In this document: positions 8,605 to 19,000 of the stretch, piece by piece | How positions within the stretch are numbered: position 1 is the first letter of the stretch | How the letters are laid out: the number at the start of each line of letters is the position of its first letter | NCBI GenBank assembly: GCA_021788365.1 | Contig: JAJYKS010000003.1 | Coordinates: forward strand, 6,283-70,282 | DNA: 64,000 bases | Direction of reading: 5' to 3' | Origin: a bacterium | GTDB lineage: Bacteria; Patescibacteriota; Microgenomatia; UBA1400; UBA12108 | Made by a program: the position numbers and the translations under genes | The notes under the pieces: model-generated | The model's input: the letters and a program-made list of their open reading frames with translations, nothing else | Databases searched by the model: none | Told to the model about the DNA's origin: nothing

Positions 8605-10542
8605 TCAGTTTGTCGGCTGAATCGGAGTGGAAACGGGGTTTGCTTGCGGGCCGGCATTCTGATTCGCTGGCACACTAGCCCGCTGATTTGCTGGTGTGCT
8701 ACCCGGCTGATTGTCCGGAATTTTGGCTGCCATGGCCACGGCTAGTTTTTGCTGCTTTGCCAAAAGTTCTCGAGGGTCGGTGGTGATTAGGCCATGCTCT
8801 TCTGGGGAGGCGACAACTTTTATGGCGACGTGGTTTTGGCCGGCGAAAAAAAGCGCTTCACCAACCTCGGCGGTGAGTAGCAAGTGTCGCTCTCCTTGGG
8901 AGAGATAGAAGACTTTAGCAAGGTTTTCTATCGCGGAAGTCGATTGTTTCATTAAAACCTGGATACTGCTGTTGCTGACGATAGCCTTCCCGTGGTCTGA
9001 TTTAAGAAAATCATCCACATCTTGTGTAATGGTGGTGAGCCCTAGAAAGTATTTGCGGGCTCGCTTGGCAATACTATAGAGAAAGTTGGCGGAGTCTTCG
9101 GATTTCATGAGGTACCAGGCCTCATCAACTACCAGTAAACGCCTCTTCATGTCGCGCTTTACCTTGGTCCAAATATAGTCAAGAATGATAAAGATGGCGG
9201 TTGGGCGCAGCTCGTCTTGAAGATTCTTAATACCAAACACTGTGAGTCTGTTTCCGAAGTTGACGTTTGATTTCTGTGAAAAAATGCCTTGAAAACTTCC
9301 CTTTACGTATTTTTCTAGCCTGTCTGCAAGGCCGCGGGCAACAGACTCTTCCATGCCAACAAGCGCCTTATATAAATCCTCCATGAGCGGTGGTTCTAGG
9401 TTGTGAGTTGCTGGGTCGCGCGTAATTCCCTTCATCTGATAGGTCATAACCAGCGCGCGGTCGAGGAGAGCTTCCTCGGTTGGGTTCATGTCGCCCATCA
9501 TGATTTTTAACAGTGAGTGGAGCGAGATGATTTTCATAGCGAGCTCGTTTTCATCCGGCTCAGCCATTTGTGGCAGCTCAAACGGATTTATACGATTTGG
9601 ACTGCTAAAGCTAAAATCAACATAGGTGCCACCCAGGGTTGTTGCAAGTTTGCGATACTCGTCTTCAGGGTCAATTGCAATAACCTCCGTGTCGAACAAC
9701 ATAGAGCGCAAAACCTCGAGTTTTACCATGTAGCTTTTGCCAGAACCGGATTTGGCAAACACAACCATGTTGGCGTTCTCTAGCGTAAAGCGATCAAAAA
9801 TAACGAGCGAGTCGTTGTGCTCATTGATGCCATACATAATCCCTTCATTTGCGGTCAGCTCACTTGAGGTGAAGGGAAAGGTGGTGGCAAGGCTCGTTGT
9901 GTCCATGTTGCGGTTAATTTTTAATTTGTCGAGGCCGGTGGGGAGCGTCGTCTTGAAGCCATCTTCTATTTGTAGCGTGGCAGTTTTGGCAACAATGAGG
10001 AGCGCGCCCAAAGCACTTTTTACTTGATTGGTCACCCGGTCGAGCATATCCTTTTTGTCGTCCCGGATCGTAACATAGAGTCCGAATTGAAAGAAGCGTT
10101 CGGCGCCCTTGGCGAGTTGTTCTTGTAGGGCGCGAGCATCTTCGAGCTTTACCTGAGTGTCAATGTTGACGATTCGGCCACGCTGGATGTCGCCCGCTAT
10201 TTCAGCCTCCATCTCGGCGATCTTGCGGCGCAAGTCTTCGATAACCCCTTTACCCTCTACTGGGTAAATAAACATAGAGATAGTAAGGCTGTGATTAAAG
10301 TTTATGAGTGGCGAAAGCCAGTTGGCGTTTACAAAGCGTGGGTAGCCGGCGACAAAGAGGGTGCGGTAGTAGGTATCGTTGATTTTAATATCGGAAAAAT
10401 CGACCTCAATGGCTTCTGGGGCGATAATGTCTTTGACGTTGGACGTTCCCTGTGAGAGAACTTGTACCGGCTGAGAGACGGCAGGGCCACTAGTATCGTC
10501 TTTCTTTTTCGGCATGAATGGAAAGGGCAGGTTAAGAGCCAT
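8605..10542 (-). CDS. VirB4/TrbE/CagE-like type IV secretion ATPase
   Basis: 645 aa with Walker A VVFAKSGSGKSYMVKLE, Walker B LLVVDEAW, and the N-terminal DUF87-like region typical of VirB4. The low-complexity C-terminal tail (PANQ repeats) is encoded by the octamer-periodic element. Confidence 0.8.
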   Translation of the reverse strand: MALNLPFPFMPKKKDDTSGPAVSQPVQVLSQGTSNVKDIIAPEAIEVDFSDIKINDTYYRTLFVAGYPRFVNANWLSPLINFNHSLTISMFIYPVEGKGVIEDLRRKIAEMEAEIAGDIQRGRIVNIDTQVKLEDARALQEQLAKGAERFFQFGLYVTIRDDKKDMLDRVTNQVKSALGALLIVAKTATLQIEDGFKTTLPTGLDKLKINRNMDTTSLATTFPFTSSELTANEGIMYGINEHNDSLVIFDRFTLENANMVVFAKSGSGKSYMVKLEVLRSMLFDTEVIAIDPEDEYRKLATTLGGTYVDFSFSSPNRINPFELPQMAEPDENELAMKIISLHSLLKIMMGDMNPTEEALLDRALVMTYQMKGITRDPATHNLEPPLMEDLYKALVGMEESVARGLADRLEKYVKGSFQGIFSQKSNVNFGNRLTVFGIKNLQDELRPTAIFIILDYIWTKVKRDMKRRLLVVDEAWYLMKSEDSANFLYSIAKRARKYFLGLTTITQDVDDFLKSDHGKAIVSNSSIQVLMKQSTSAIENLAKVFYLSQGERHLLLTAEVGEALFFAGQNHVAIKVVASPEEHGLITTDPRELLAKQQKLAVAMAAKIPDNQPGSTPANQRASVPANQNAGPQANPVSTPIQPTN

Positions 10543-10544
10543 AT

Positions 10545-10672
10545 CCTATCAGTATACCAGCTAGTCGGCGAGTCGGCGGGCCGGCATGTCGGCTTGTCAG
10601 CGAGGCCGGAAAACCGATGCACCGATTTAACTGATTGGCTGACTAGCTGATTTGCTGATTTGCCGACTATCT
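10545..10672. repeat. Octamer-periodic (NNGTCGGC)n / (GCTGATTT)n intergenic element, one of at least five copies
   Basis: TAGTCGGC GAGTCGGC GGGCCGGC ATGTCGGC TTGTCAGC ... GCTGATTT GCTGATTT GCCGACTA. It is flanked on the gene side by CAGTATAcc (TATACT -10 on the coding strand) 8 nt before the VirB4 ATG. Confidence 0.5.
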
Positions 10673-11305
10673 GGCCACGTTGGGGGCGACGACGGGCTGC
10701 TCGTAGTCGGCGGCGGTGCCAAATTTTTGCCCCTTTACCGTTGCGTTATAGAAGCTGTGAAAGAGGGACATAAGATTTTGGGTGTTGAGCTGGTTAGCTG
10801 TTAATCCAATGCGCGTTAGTTGCTTAATAATGTGATCGCGCTTTGGCTCGAGGTCGGCCTTCGCTTTGTCGATAAGACTTTGGTCTATTACCACCTTTCC
10901 TGAAAGGGTGATCATCTGATAGGAAATAACCACATAAAATTTTTTATCCAAAACATTCTGTTCGGTGATTGTTGTTTCCACAAACTGGCGGTACTTGTGC
11001 ATGCGGTCTTGCAAAACGGGATCGTGAAGCTTTTTCTCTTGTGTGCTTAGTAACTCGAGGTAGGAGCTAATGTCCTTTTTGTCGGATTTTACGACTATTT
11101 GGATGGGAAAACTAAGCGAATTTAGTAGGCCGGCATACGCGTAGATGGTGGCGTCTTGTTCTTCCTCAGAAAGCAGGCCAAAATTAATGGCGGAAGTAGA
11201 TATTAACATGCTGCAGGTGCCATTTTTTAATATAACGAGGTCATCTTGGATTGTTTCTACGTCGAGATGATCCTGAGTGGTTGCGACAATGACATTGTTG
11301 TCCAT
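10667..11305 (-). CDS. Hypothetical protein of the T4SS-like cluster
   Basis: 212 aa, soluble, no recognised motif. It is preceded by a TATACT leaderless-type promoter and an octamer array. Confidence 0.45.
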   Translation of the reverse strand: MDNNVIVATTQDHLDVETIQDDLVILKNGTCSMLISTSAINFGLLSEEEQDATIYAYAGLLNSLSFPIQIVVKSDKKDISSYLELLSTQEKKLHDPVLQDRMHKYRQFVETTITEQNVLDKKFYVVISYQMITLSGKVVIDQSLIDKAKADLEPKRDHIIKQLTRIGLTANQLNTQNLMSLFHSFYNATVKGQKFGTAADYEQPVVAPNVAR

Positions 11306-11437
11306 ACGGACTCAGTATATCAGTAGGTCGGCAAGTCAGCGAATCGGTTGGTCGGTATGTCGGCTTGCCAGTAATCGCCGAAACCTGGCTTACAGGTTTA
11401 GCTGGTTAGCTGACCCGCCGGTTTGCTGGTGTGCCGA

Positions 11438-12475
11438 TTATTGTGCTCGGAGGAGGATGGGGGGGATGATGTCTCCTTTGGTTGTCAGCGATTGTGGGGC
11501 GAACTTGAGACCATCCTTTTCCACTTCAATGGCATAGGAGCCGTTTCCGAGAGGTGTGGTGGTAAAAAACTGTCCAAGGCCGTTGGTTTTCATGGCGCGG
11601 GCGGGGATCCCGTCTCCCATCACTACCTGAACAATGGCGTTTTCTACTAGGTGCCCCCCTTTGTCGACGACTATTCCCGTTATCACATTGGGGATTTGGG
11701 GCGCGGCGGGCAGCTTAATTGTTGTCAGGGGGGTAGACGCAACTTTTGGCGCGGTAGTGGGGCTTGTGGGGCGGGAGAAAACCACATCAACCGTTGGCGG
11801 AGGGCTTTGTGGGGTTTTTGTGGGTGCTGCTGCAACGGTGGGTGTTGGCGTCACGGGGATCGATATCGTACGTAACGGTGGCGCGGGCGGGGTCGCCGCC
11901 GGAGACGGAGCGTTGTTATCGAATACTATACTTTTTGCTTTTAGTTTGCGGATTGTTACTGCGGGCTTGGCGCTACTGGTTTCGACGATGGTAACTGGTG
12001 GAACGGCGGGGGAGATGTGTACTTTCTGAAATAGCGCGTCGACCTCGTGGACCTGCTTTGCTTCTTCTGTCGAGAGGTCGCTTGTTACCGTTTTTCGTAC
12101 GGGAAGCGTTGGTGCTTTGAGTGTTTTTACCGCCGTAGGAGTATCTACAAAAATGTGGGCGGCGAAGGTAAACATTTCAGGAATGGTATTTGTCTTTTTC
12201 CAAACGAAACGGGTGGGGCCATAGATGGCTTTAACAAAATTAAGTGCCCAGATGTCCAGTGGACGATCTTCGAGTGGAAAGAATGCAAAGGCTATTCCAC
12301 CAAAAAGCGAGATGAGTGCGAGCGGCCACTTGAATATAAAAATCAGATTGCTCGCATAGAAAAGGTAGGCGACGAGCATCCCGGCAGCTAGTTCCAAAAA
12401 TTGTTTGAGCGTCATGTCTCCCACAAGGCGGAACTGATATTGTGTAACGTTCTGAGGAATGGGGTGTTGCTGCAT
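11438..12475 (-). CDS. PrgI/VirB3-like membrane protein with a Pro/Thr-rich linker and a C-terminal beta-sandwich (carboxypeptidase-regulatory-like) domain
   Basis: The N-terminus FRLVGDMTLKQFLELAAGMLVAYLFY plus two TM helices resembles PrgI-family VirB3 analogues. A long PT-rich spacer precedes the GIVVDKGGHLVENAIVQV...GSYAIEVEKDGL fold. The likely start is the ATG at 12473-12475 (MQQHPIP; the ORF-track start at 12499 is a TTG), with a TATACT box 6 nt upstream. Confidence 0.5.
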   Translation of the reverse strand: MQQHPIPQNVTQYQFRLVGDMTLKQFLELAAGMLVAYLFYASNLIFIFKWPLALISLFGGIAFAFFPLEDRPLDIWALNFVKAIYGPTRFVWKKTNTIPEMFTFAAHIFVDTPTAVKTLKAPTLPVRKTVTSDLSTEEAKQVHEVDALFQKVHISPAVPPVTIVETSSAKPAVTIRKLKAKSIVFDNNAPSPAATPPAPPLRTISIPVTPTPTVAAAPTKTPQSPPPTVDVVFSRPTSPTTAPKVASTPLTTIKLPAAPQIPNVITGIVVDKGGHLVENAIVQVVMGDGIPARAMKTNGLGQFFTTTPLGNGSYAIEVEKDGLKFAPQSLTTKGDIIPPILLRAQ

Positions 12476-12508
12476 GGCTCTAGTATACAGGGTTAACAAA
12501 AGAGAACA

Positions 12509-13183
12509 CTATTGTTGTGCTGCCGGCGATTCTGGAGAGGGTGAGGGTAGGGGTGATGGTGTGGGCGTTGGCGAGGGAGCTACAACGGTGTAGGCGTGGG
12601 TTGCCGGGTCTATCCCATGAGACTGTACCCAGGATTTGATCTGTGAAATTGCAGTCGCTTGGTCGAGGGTGTCGCTTTTTAGATCAATTTCGAGCGTGAG
12701 CGGGGCGCTATAAACAACTCGGTAGAGCGCTGTTTCGTATGGCGTGAACTGGGAGAGCGGGTAGTTTTTGTCGAGGTCTGATTGCAAACCTTGAAGATAG
12801 CGTGGGTCGTTTTGTTCATGAGCGGTAGTAAAACTAATGGTTCCGACGATTTGTCCCTTCTCATTAATCGTAACAGTATAATCGCTGGCGACCCTGAGGT
12901 ATAGTTGGTGGTCAAGCTCGATGGTGTTGGCATCCTTTTGTTGAATACTCCATAATTCTTCAGGGACAGAGGTCGCTGTAACATCGCTTGCGACGATTGG
13001 TTGATTGAAGACAATGATAATCGGACCAAAAACACTTGCTTCAGTTGTATGATTCCCCGGGGAGGAAGTGATGATTGCTGGTAGCGATGGGGCGGGCTTG
13101 GTTTTGTTGGATAAGTAGATTAGAGAGACAATAAATGCTACTCCGATTGCAACTGCCAACACGATTTTTATTTTTTGCTTCAT
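12509..13183 (-). CDS. Membrane-anchored/secreted hypothetical protein with a C-terminal Pro/Ser/Thr tail
   Basis: 224 aa with an N-terminal TM/signal anchor (KIVLAVAIGVAFIVSLIYL) and a C-terminal PSPTPTPSPLPSPSP tail. Confidence 0.45.
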   Translation of the reverse strand: MKQKIKIVLAVAIGVAFIVSLIYLSNKTKPAPSLPAIITSSPGNHTTEASVFGPIIIVFNQPIVASDVTATSVPEELWSIQQKDANTIELDHQLYLRVASDYTVTINEKGQIVGTISFTTAHEQNDPRYLQGLQSDLDKNYPLSQFTPYETALYRVVYSAPLTLEIDLKSDTLDQATAISQIKSWVQSHGIDPATHAYTVVAPSPTPTPSPLPSPSPESPAAQQ

Positions 13184-13192
13184 TGTTTTATT

Positions 13193-15973
13193 TTAGTCTT
13201 TTCGTAAATAACCAGTAATTTGTGCCTTTTCGAACTTTCCATTGGTGCGAGCTATTCCTGGGGCAGAGTAATTAGCGTCGCAAGCAGTAATAAGCGCTCC
13301 GGCGTCACCACAATCTACTCCTATGTGTCCCGGCGAGCCGTCACTACAACTACTAGATCCCATAACAAAGAAATCTCCAGGTCGCATGCCTGCTGTTCCT
13401 GAAATGTATTTATATCCGGAAGGGGCGTTGTTGACATATGAGCAAGCATTGATTTGGGGAAAATTTTGATTGTAGGCAAGTCCGGCCGTTGCAGCAACGA
13501 ACCCAACACATTGGAGGTGACCTGTCCCTATGGCGGAGGCCTCCAAGGCGTTTGCGGCCGCTTTTGCTAGGACTGCCACTAATTTTTGCCACCAAGAATT
13601 TCCAACCATGTCTTTAGTGAGGGGATTTAGGTTAAATTGGGTGAGGTAGCTAGCTATACATGCGGCGGCGTTTGCTGCTGGCGAACCAGTGGTTTGCGTT
13701 TGTGTCCCCTGTGTAGCATTACAAACGACAGCAGCAATATATGATGTGCCAGAGTCGAGCGGGGTAGTAACCTTGAGTGAATAGAAAAAGATACTGACTA
13801 CCGCGATTGCCCCCACGGCTATAAGCAATGCAGTATAGAACGTGATGACGAGAAAGTCCCAAACCAGTTTTCCAAGTGCCCTTAGTGTTTCCCAGGCCGC
13901 CATGAGCGGAACGGTAATCCCAGCAAATAATGCAAAAATACTGGCGATAAATAGTGGGACAACACCCCATAGATTGCTGGCGTCGCCATGGAAGATCGTG
14001 CCGAGGAATTTGGAGATCTTTCCGATGACCGACTTTCCAACCTCCCAGAGCACTTGTACTCCAAGGAGGATGAGGCCAATGCCCGCCTCACTTGTTGCCG
14101 CACCAATTATCTTGACAACCTTGTCTCCTAACCCGGCGGCAAACTTATTACCAGCAGAGGCTATTACTTTTGACACCGCCTTCCAGGTGGTTTTTTTGAA
14201 TACTCCCCAAGATTCAAATCCGGCACCCCGTGCGGTCCAGTCGAGAATGTTTCCCCATTTTTTTTCTAGAAAGAAAAAATTAGCCTGACGCCAACTCGCA
14301 TCGTTTTTGTAAAAGAGCTTAGAATATTGAGAGACCTGGCGGAAAAAGCCGGAGTACCATTTGTTTTTCTTCCCCAGGGTGGTGGACCACTTAAAGACTC
14401 TTAAAGCAATCCCTTTTTGCATGTTGATCCAGCCGTCATATATGAACTTCGACGGATTCAAGATGGGATACTTGTCTTGAAGCACAAACCAGGTGCTGGT
14501 GGGCCAGTGAATAACTTTGTCGACCTTTAGATATGCGCTGTATACTTTTGCTCTGAATTTATCTATAGGCTGCGTGGGGCGCCTCGTTGCGTTGAGATTG
14601 CCGGTGAGCTTGTCAAAAAATTCTCGTGCGGCATAGAAGGGGTTTCCGTCGATTTGCGAGTGGTAGAGGCCGTAGCTTTCCTGGGTGTTTATGAGCTGCG
14701 CGAGGTTCCCGAGCTTGCCTAAATCGGCGGCGTCCCCCTTGCCAAGTTCTTGTTGGTAGGCAAGTAAGGGATTATTGGTGTGATATTCGGCAAGTATGCT
14801 CGCGGCGAGAGCGTCTAACGTTGTCTTGTCTGTCCATGGAATTTCTGTACTTACCCCCGCGAGCGCTGCGATCCTGGCGGTAGCCATCTCGCGCTGATTT
14901 CTATCCTGCAACCTGGTTCCTGTGAGCCGCTCCAACGCCGAGGCCTGTATCTCCTCGACATAAGGGGAAAGTATTTCGAGGCGTGTTTCCAAGGTTGGAG
15001 ATCTAAACCCAGCGCTAGCTAGAGCCTCCTGAATAATGTCAGCCCCTGACATAGGATTTGTCGTTCCCGCGGTGACAATGACTTTGCGCAGAGAGCTGAC
15101 GAGCGCCCTTCGTTCGTTCACTGGTGCGTCGGGGAGTACGCTACGGACCATCGTGTCGAGGTCTGCAAGGGTTGGCGCAAAACTGGCGAGCGCACGGAGC
15201 CGGCCCATGTCGGCGAGGTATTCTGACTCGTCGGCATAGATAGCTTTTATGCGCGCGTTAATTGTCGTAGTAATTTGGGCAAGATCCTTTTCCATGGCGT
15301 CTGCGTGGAGACGGTGAGTAAAGGAGTTGATGTCTCCTTGGTTTGCGTGAGGAAGCAGAAGATTGCCGATTTTTGAGGGGAGGTCTTCTAATGCTTGTGG
15401 GGACGTATCGCGAAGATTATATGAATTGGCGGCGAGGATCGCGGCAACAAGGCTGCGATCTCGGGGACTTAGTCCGGCGAGAGCTTTGTTCATTTCAAGC
15501 TCGCTCGTCATTATCCCAAGGAATTTTCTGTTGAGGATTTCTAACGTTTTCCGTCTAAGCTCTAGAGACTTTTGTAGTGCTGCTGAGCGAGCGTCTGGAA
15601 CGTACTTGGTTGCCGGTATCAACGGGTGGGCAGCCTGCTCCTGCATGTAGGGATAGTTGGTGGCGGCTTTGGTACCTCCCGCGACGATGTTTTCGGCTTT
15701 TACTTCAAGATAACGGAGGAGGCTACGTGCACGAGCGTAGCTTGGGCCACGATCGCCAACGGGAAGGCCTATCTCGTCAGACCCCGCCCAAGCGGCGATA
15801 ATACCCCAGGCCGTTTCGGCGTCTAGAACGAGGGTGTCGGAGAACTCAACGCTCTGTCCATTTTTAATTCTGGACAGTAGTTGTTGGAGATACTTGGTAT
15901 CCTCTCCCTTTGCTTTGGTATTTAGGAGGGAAAGGATCAGCTGTCTTTGTGCGGCGGTGACGGTTGTTGCCAT
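13193..15973 (-). CDS. Large multi-domain protein with TM segments and a C-terminal CHAP (NlpC/P60-like) peptidoglycan hydrolase domain; VirB1-like function inferred
   Basis: 926 aa. A central hydrophobic block is followed by a C-terminus with catalytic-Cys/His spacing (LQCVGFVAATAGLAYNQ...GDFFVMG...PGHIGVDCG) characteristic of CHAP amidases. A leaderless-type TGtTAGAAT promoter lies 6 nt before the ATG. Confidence 0.55.
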   Translation of the reverse strand: MATTVTAAQRQLILSLLNTKAKGEDTKYLQQLLSRIKNGQSVEFSDTLVLDAETAWGIIAAWAGSDEIGLPVGDRGPSYARARSLLRYLEVKAENIVAGGTKAATNYPYMQEQAAHPLIPATKYVPDARSAALQKSLELRRKTLEILNRKFLGIMTSELEMNKALAGLSPRDRSLVAAILAANSYNLRDTSPQALEDLPSKIGNLLLPHANQGDINSFTHRLHADAMEKDLAQITTTINARIKAIYADESEYLADMGRLRALASFAPTLADLDTMVRSVLPDAPVNERRALVSSLRKVIVTAGTTNPMSGADIIQEALASAGFRSPTLETRLEILSPYVEEIQASALERLTGTRLQDRNQREMATARIAALAGVSTEIPWTDKTTLDALAASILAEYHTNNPLLAYQQELGKGDAADLGKLGNLAQLINTQESYGLYHSQIDGNPFYAAREFFDKLTGNLNATRRPTQPIDKFRAKVYSAYLKVDKVIHWPTSTWFVLQDKYPILNPSKFIYDGWINMQKGIALRVFKWSTTLGKKNKWYSGFFRQVSQYSKLFYKNDASWRQANFFFLEKKWGNILDWTARGAGFESWGVFKKTTWKAVSKVIASAGNKFAAGLGDKVVKIIGAATSEAGIGLILLGVQVLWEVGKSVIGKISKFLGTIFHGDASNLWGVVPLFIASIFALFAGITVPLMAAWETLRALGKLVWDFLVITFYTALLIAVGAIAVVSIFFYSLKVTTPLDSGTSYIAAVVCNATQGTQTQTTGSPAANAAACIASYLTQFNLNPLTKDMVGNSWWQKLVAVLAKAAANALEASAIGTGHLQCVGFVAATAGLAYNQNFPQINACSYVNNAPSGYKYISGTAGMRPGDFFVMGSSSCSDGSPGHIGVDCGDAGALITACDANYSAPGIARTNGKFEKAQITGYLRKD

Positions 15974-16020
15974 AGCGCTATTCTAACAGTTGCAGGGCAT
16001 AAAATGGTATAATCTGGGGC
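15974..16020. promoter_or_regulatory. Divergent promoter region with two back-to-back leaderless-type extended -10 boxes
   Basis: Plus strand: TGGTATAAT, then 7 nt, then ATG (16021). Minus strand: TGTTAGAAT, then 6 nt, then ATG (15973). Neither has an SD. Confidence 0.5.
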
Positions 16021-19000
16021 ATGGCTATCCAGGAAAAATTGGGAGAAGGGTTCGAGGCTGCACAGCATTCTGGGTTTGGTGAGGCGGGTGCGGATGGCGT
16101 GGTAAAAGAAGCGTTAAAACAGATCAAAAGGGATAAAGGCCCGAGTAAACTAAGCCCTGATCAGACGAGAACATTGTTGCTTCTAGACATATTGCGTACG
16201 CTATCTGCCGACAAAGGACTGACGGGAATAAAGTCGACCCTTGATAGGCTGGAGACACAATTTTCTGTCGCGGCAATGGCCTCTTTTGGCCAGAAAGATA
16301 TTGATGTCATCGCTGAACAGCTGGAAAGACAAGGAAAGAAATTCCAAGCTGATGTTGGAGGTCCGGACAAGGATTTATTGAAAGATGTGGGTTTGCTTGT
16401 TAGGAGTTCGAGGTGGGCGGATGCGTCGGCATTGGTTAGGCGCGCGATTGTTGACGCTAACACGAGGCGTGAAATTGATTCAACACAAAATACTCGATTA
16501 GTGCAGTCTGTTGATGATTTTGATTCTGCAAACCTTGGGCGGATGCGATCTCGTATCGTCGGACTAGAAATGGAACAGGTGGCGAGGAAAGTTCCCGGTA
16601 CTGGTGAGATAGCTAATGAAATGGAACGAGCCGCTCGACTAGAGGTTGGTGTGGCCAGAAGGTATGTGGAAATACTGAGGGGAACTCCACAGCAAGATGA
16701 TATAGACCCCAGCCTAAAGATAGACACGGCTGTTATAGCGGAGGCCGACATTAATTCCTTTGTAAATGACTTACATAGTAGGAGTCCTAAAATAGCAATG
16801 GCAGATGAGCGAAGGCTACGCCATTTTAAACAGGAGGTTACCAGCAATTGGAGCGATTTAAATACGGGGATAGATTTGGATGAATGGTCTCGTGGAAGCG
16901 ATAGCGTTCACCAGGACAGACAGCGCTATATTAGAGAGGCATCTGCTGTGGCGAACCACGTTTTGTTTCTGAAGGCAAGGGGAGAGGTAATACTGTCTAC
17001 GAACGAGGAGGAATACTTGAGGGCGGTGCAAAAGGCCACATCGGCGGTGAAGCGGTCGTGGGTGGAGGAAGCTGTCCATGAGGGGGAAGCAGCTACTCCC
17101 ACAGATGAATTGACCCCAGATGAGGTGCGAGAGTTAAAGAAACAGGCCTCCAACATTGGTTTACTGGCAGAGATGGGTAGTGGACAAGGGTTTGCGGATT
17201 GGGCTAAGCGGCAAAGGACGCGCAACCCGAGAGGGAGTTGGAATTTAGACACAGAAAGTTCTGAGGGGGGGTTTAGCTTTCAGGAAAAAATAATGGAGTT
17301 GCGCGACGCCGGAATGTTGGAGATTGAAGACGGGCAGATAGTGTGGCTAAAGGGTCCGGACGAGTTCTTTGGAGTAATGTCAGAACTAGCGCGTGACGTG
17401 TCGGCGATAGTGCCAGAAGTAAACCAAATACCCTTTTCCAGGTCACCTAAAGCTATGTTGTATCAGGCTTTGATGGAATCGGCGGCGCATCCAGGGAGTC
17501 GGGGGGATCTGGCTTGGGCGAAGGATGCGGTATTCCGTCTATACACAATGGGATATGTAAAGGAGGCGTTGTGGAAAAAGGGTGGAGACGTAGAGTCATT
17601 TGCCGGCGCCGCACTCGCCCTGTTGGGTCAAGGAGAGGATGATACTGTTTATTCATCTTTGTTTAGATTTCACGAGACGGTAAGAGAGAGGGGATCTACG
17701 GGTGAGATAGGGGATGAAATAATAAAAATTGACCTTCGGGATATGCTAGATTTTTCCGAGCGATACTCAAGAGTGAGGGATGGAAAGCGAAGCTGGTTGA
17801 ACGCGATTTCTGCTGGAGAGCTTAATAGCGGCGTGCACGATGCTACAAGTAAGCCACAACGAATGGAATTTTTTTATGATTATATGAAATGGGTGCTGGA
17901 TAGACAGCTGGACATGGGAGAGATAGATGCAAATACACATACAAAGAGAATAGCGGCTATTGGTACGTCTGCTCATGACAGAAAACACGAAAATATCTTT
18001 GATGTATATGGTCAGTATTATACAAATTTAGTAAAGGTGATGCAGTCTATCCAGCTGAGGTATGGCGAGGTGGCCGTAAACCAAGTGATTAGCGGGGGTG
18101 GATTCGAGTTTTGTAATCCCCCTGGGGGTGAGGCTCCCTATAAGTATCATAAAAATACCGTATGGAAGTTTTGTGCGCGGTATGTCCCCAATAATAAATT
18201 TGCTGAGTTTTTGGACGCTTACGACGGTGGAGTAGATATGGCCATGGTATCGTCGATTGCGTATGCACGCAAGGAGACAGTGCCGCATTTTTGCTTAGAG
18301 AGTAGTGAGCCGGGCGCCAATCCGGGCGCCGACAAATATTTCTTTGAAACCGAGGCAAATTTGTCCAATCGAGCTAAGTGGGCTAAGCAGTGGGTCAATT
18401 TTTGGAAGCCGGCTATGTTCGACAGCGATGCACATCGAGATGGAAAGTATCGCGATACTGATGAAATTAGGATGATCGAAGAAACGCAGGAGATTGCTGA
18501 GAGACAATTGAATAGTTGGTCGGCCGCCGACTTAGGATTCATTGACCATGTTGATTATACAAAATTAAGTGAGGCGAGTGGCTACGACTTTGAGCAAATT
18601 TTCCAAAGGAAAAACATTACTGATCCGAAAGAAAAGTTTAAATATGTAATTAAGAATTATGGATATAAGTATTTTGAGTGGAATGGGTTTCGATCTAAGA
18701 GGGTGGGAGATTTTTACACGAAGTACTTGCCGAAGAATTATGCGGGGGTGTACGGGGCAGCTATCAAGTTGAGTATGAATGCAACAAATGACGAATCTGC
18801 GTTTGAAGCGTCGCAAAACATTGACGCGTTTAGTGGCTCGGAGAAATTTATGGAAGATATTGACGTTGTGATGGAAAAGATGAATAAGCGGACCTGGCTC
18901 GGTATAAGAAAACCTAAAACTAAAGGCGGCAAGGGGTGGTTGAACGTTGACCAAAAAGGAGAAAAGGCAAAGATTGATTTGGAGGGCGACTTTGAGTTGT

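Noticed and set aside
10329-10622. 97-aa minus-strand ORF spanning the VirB4 start and the octamer array
   Set aside because: It overlaps the VirB4 N-terminus in another frame and is mostly encoded by the repeat array, with no independent start signals.
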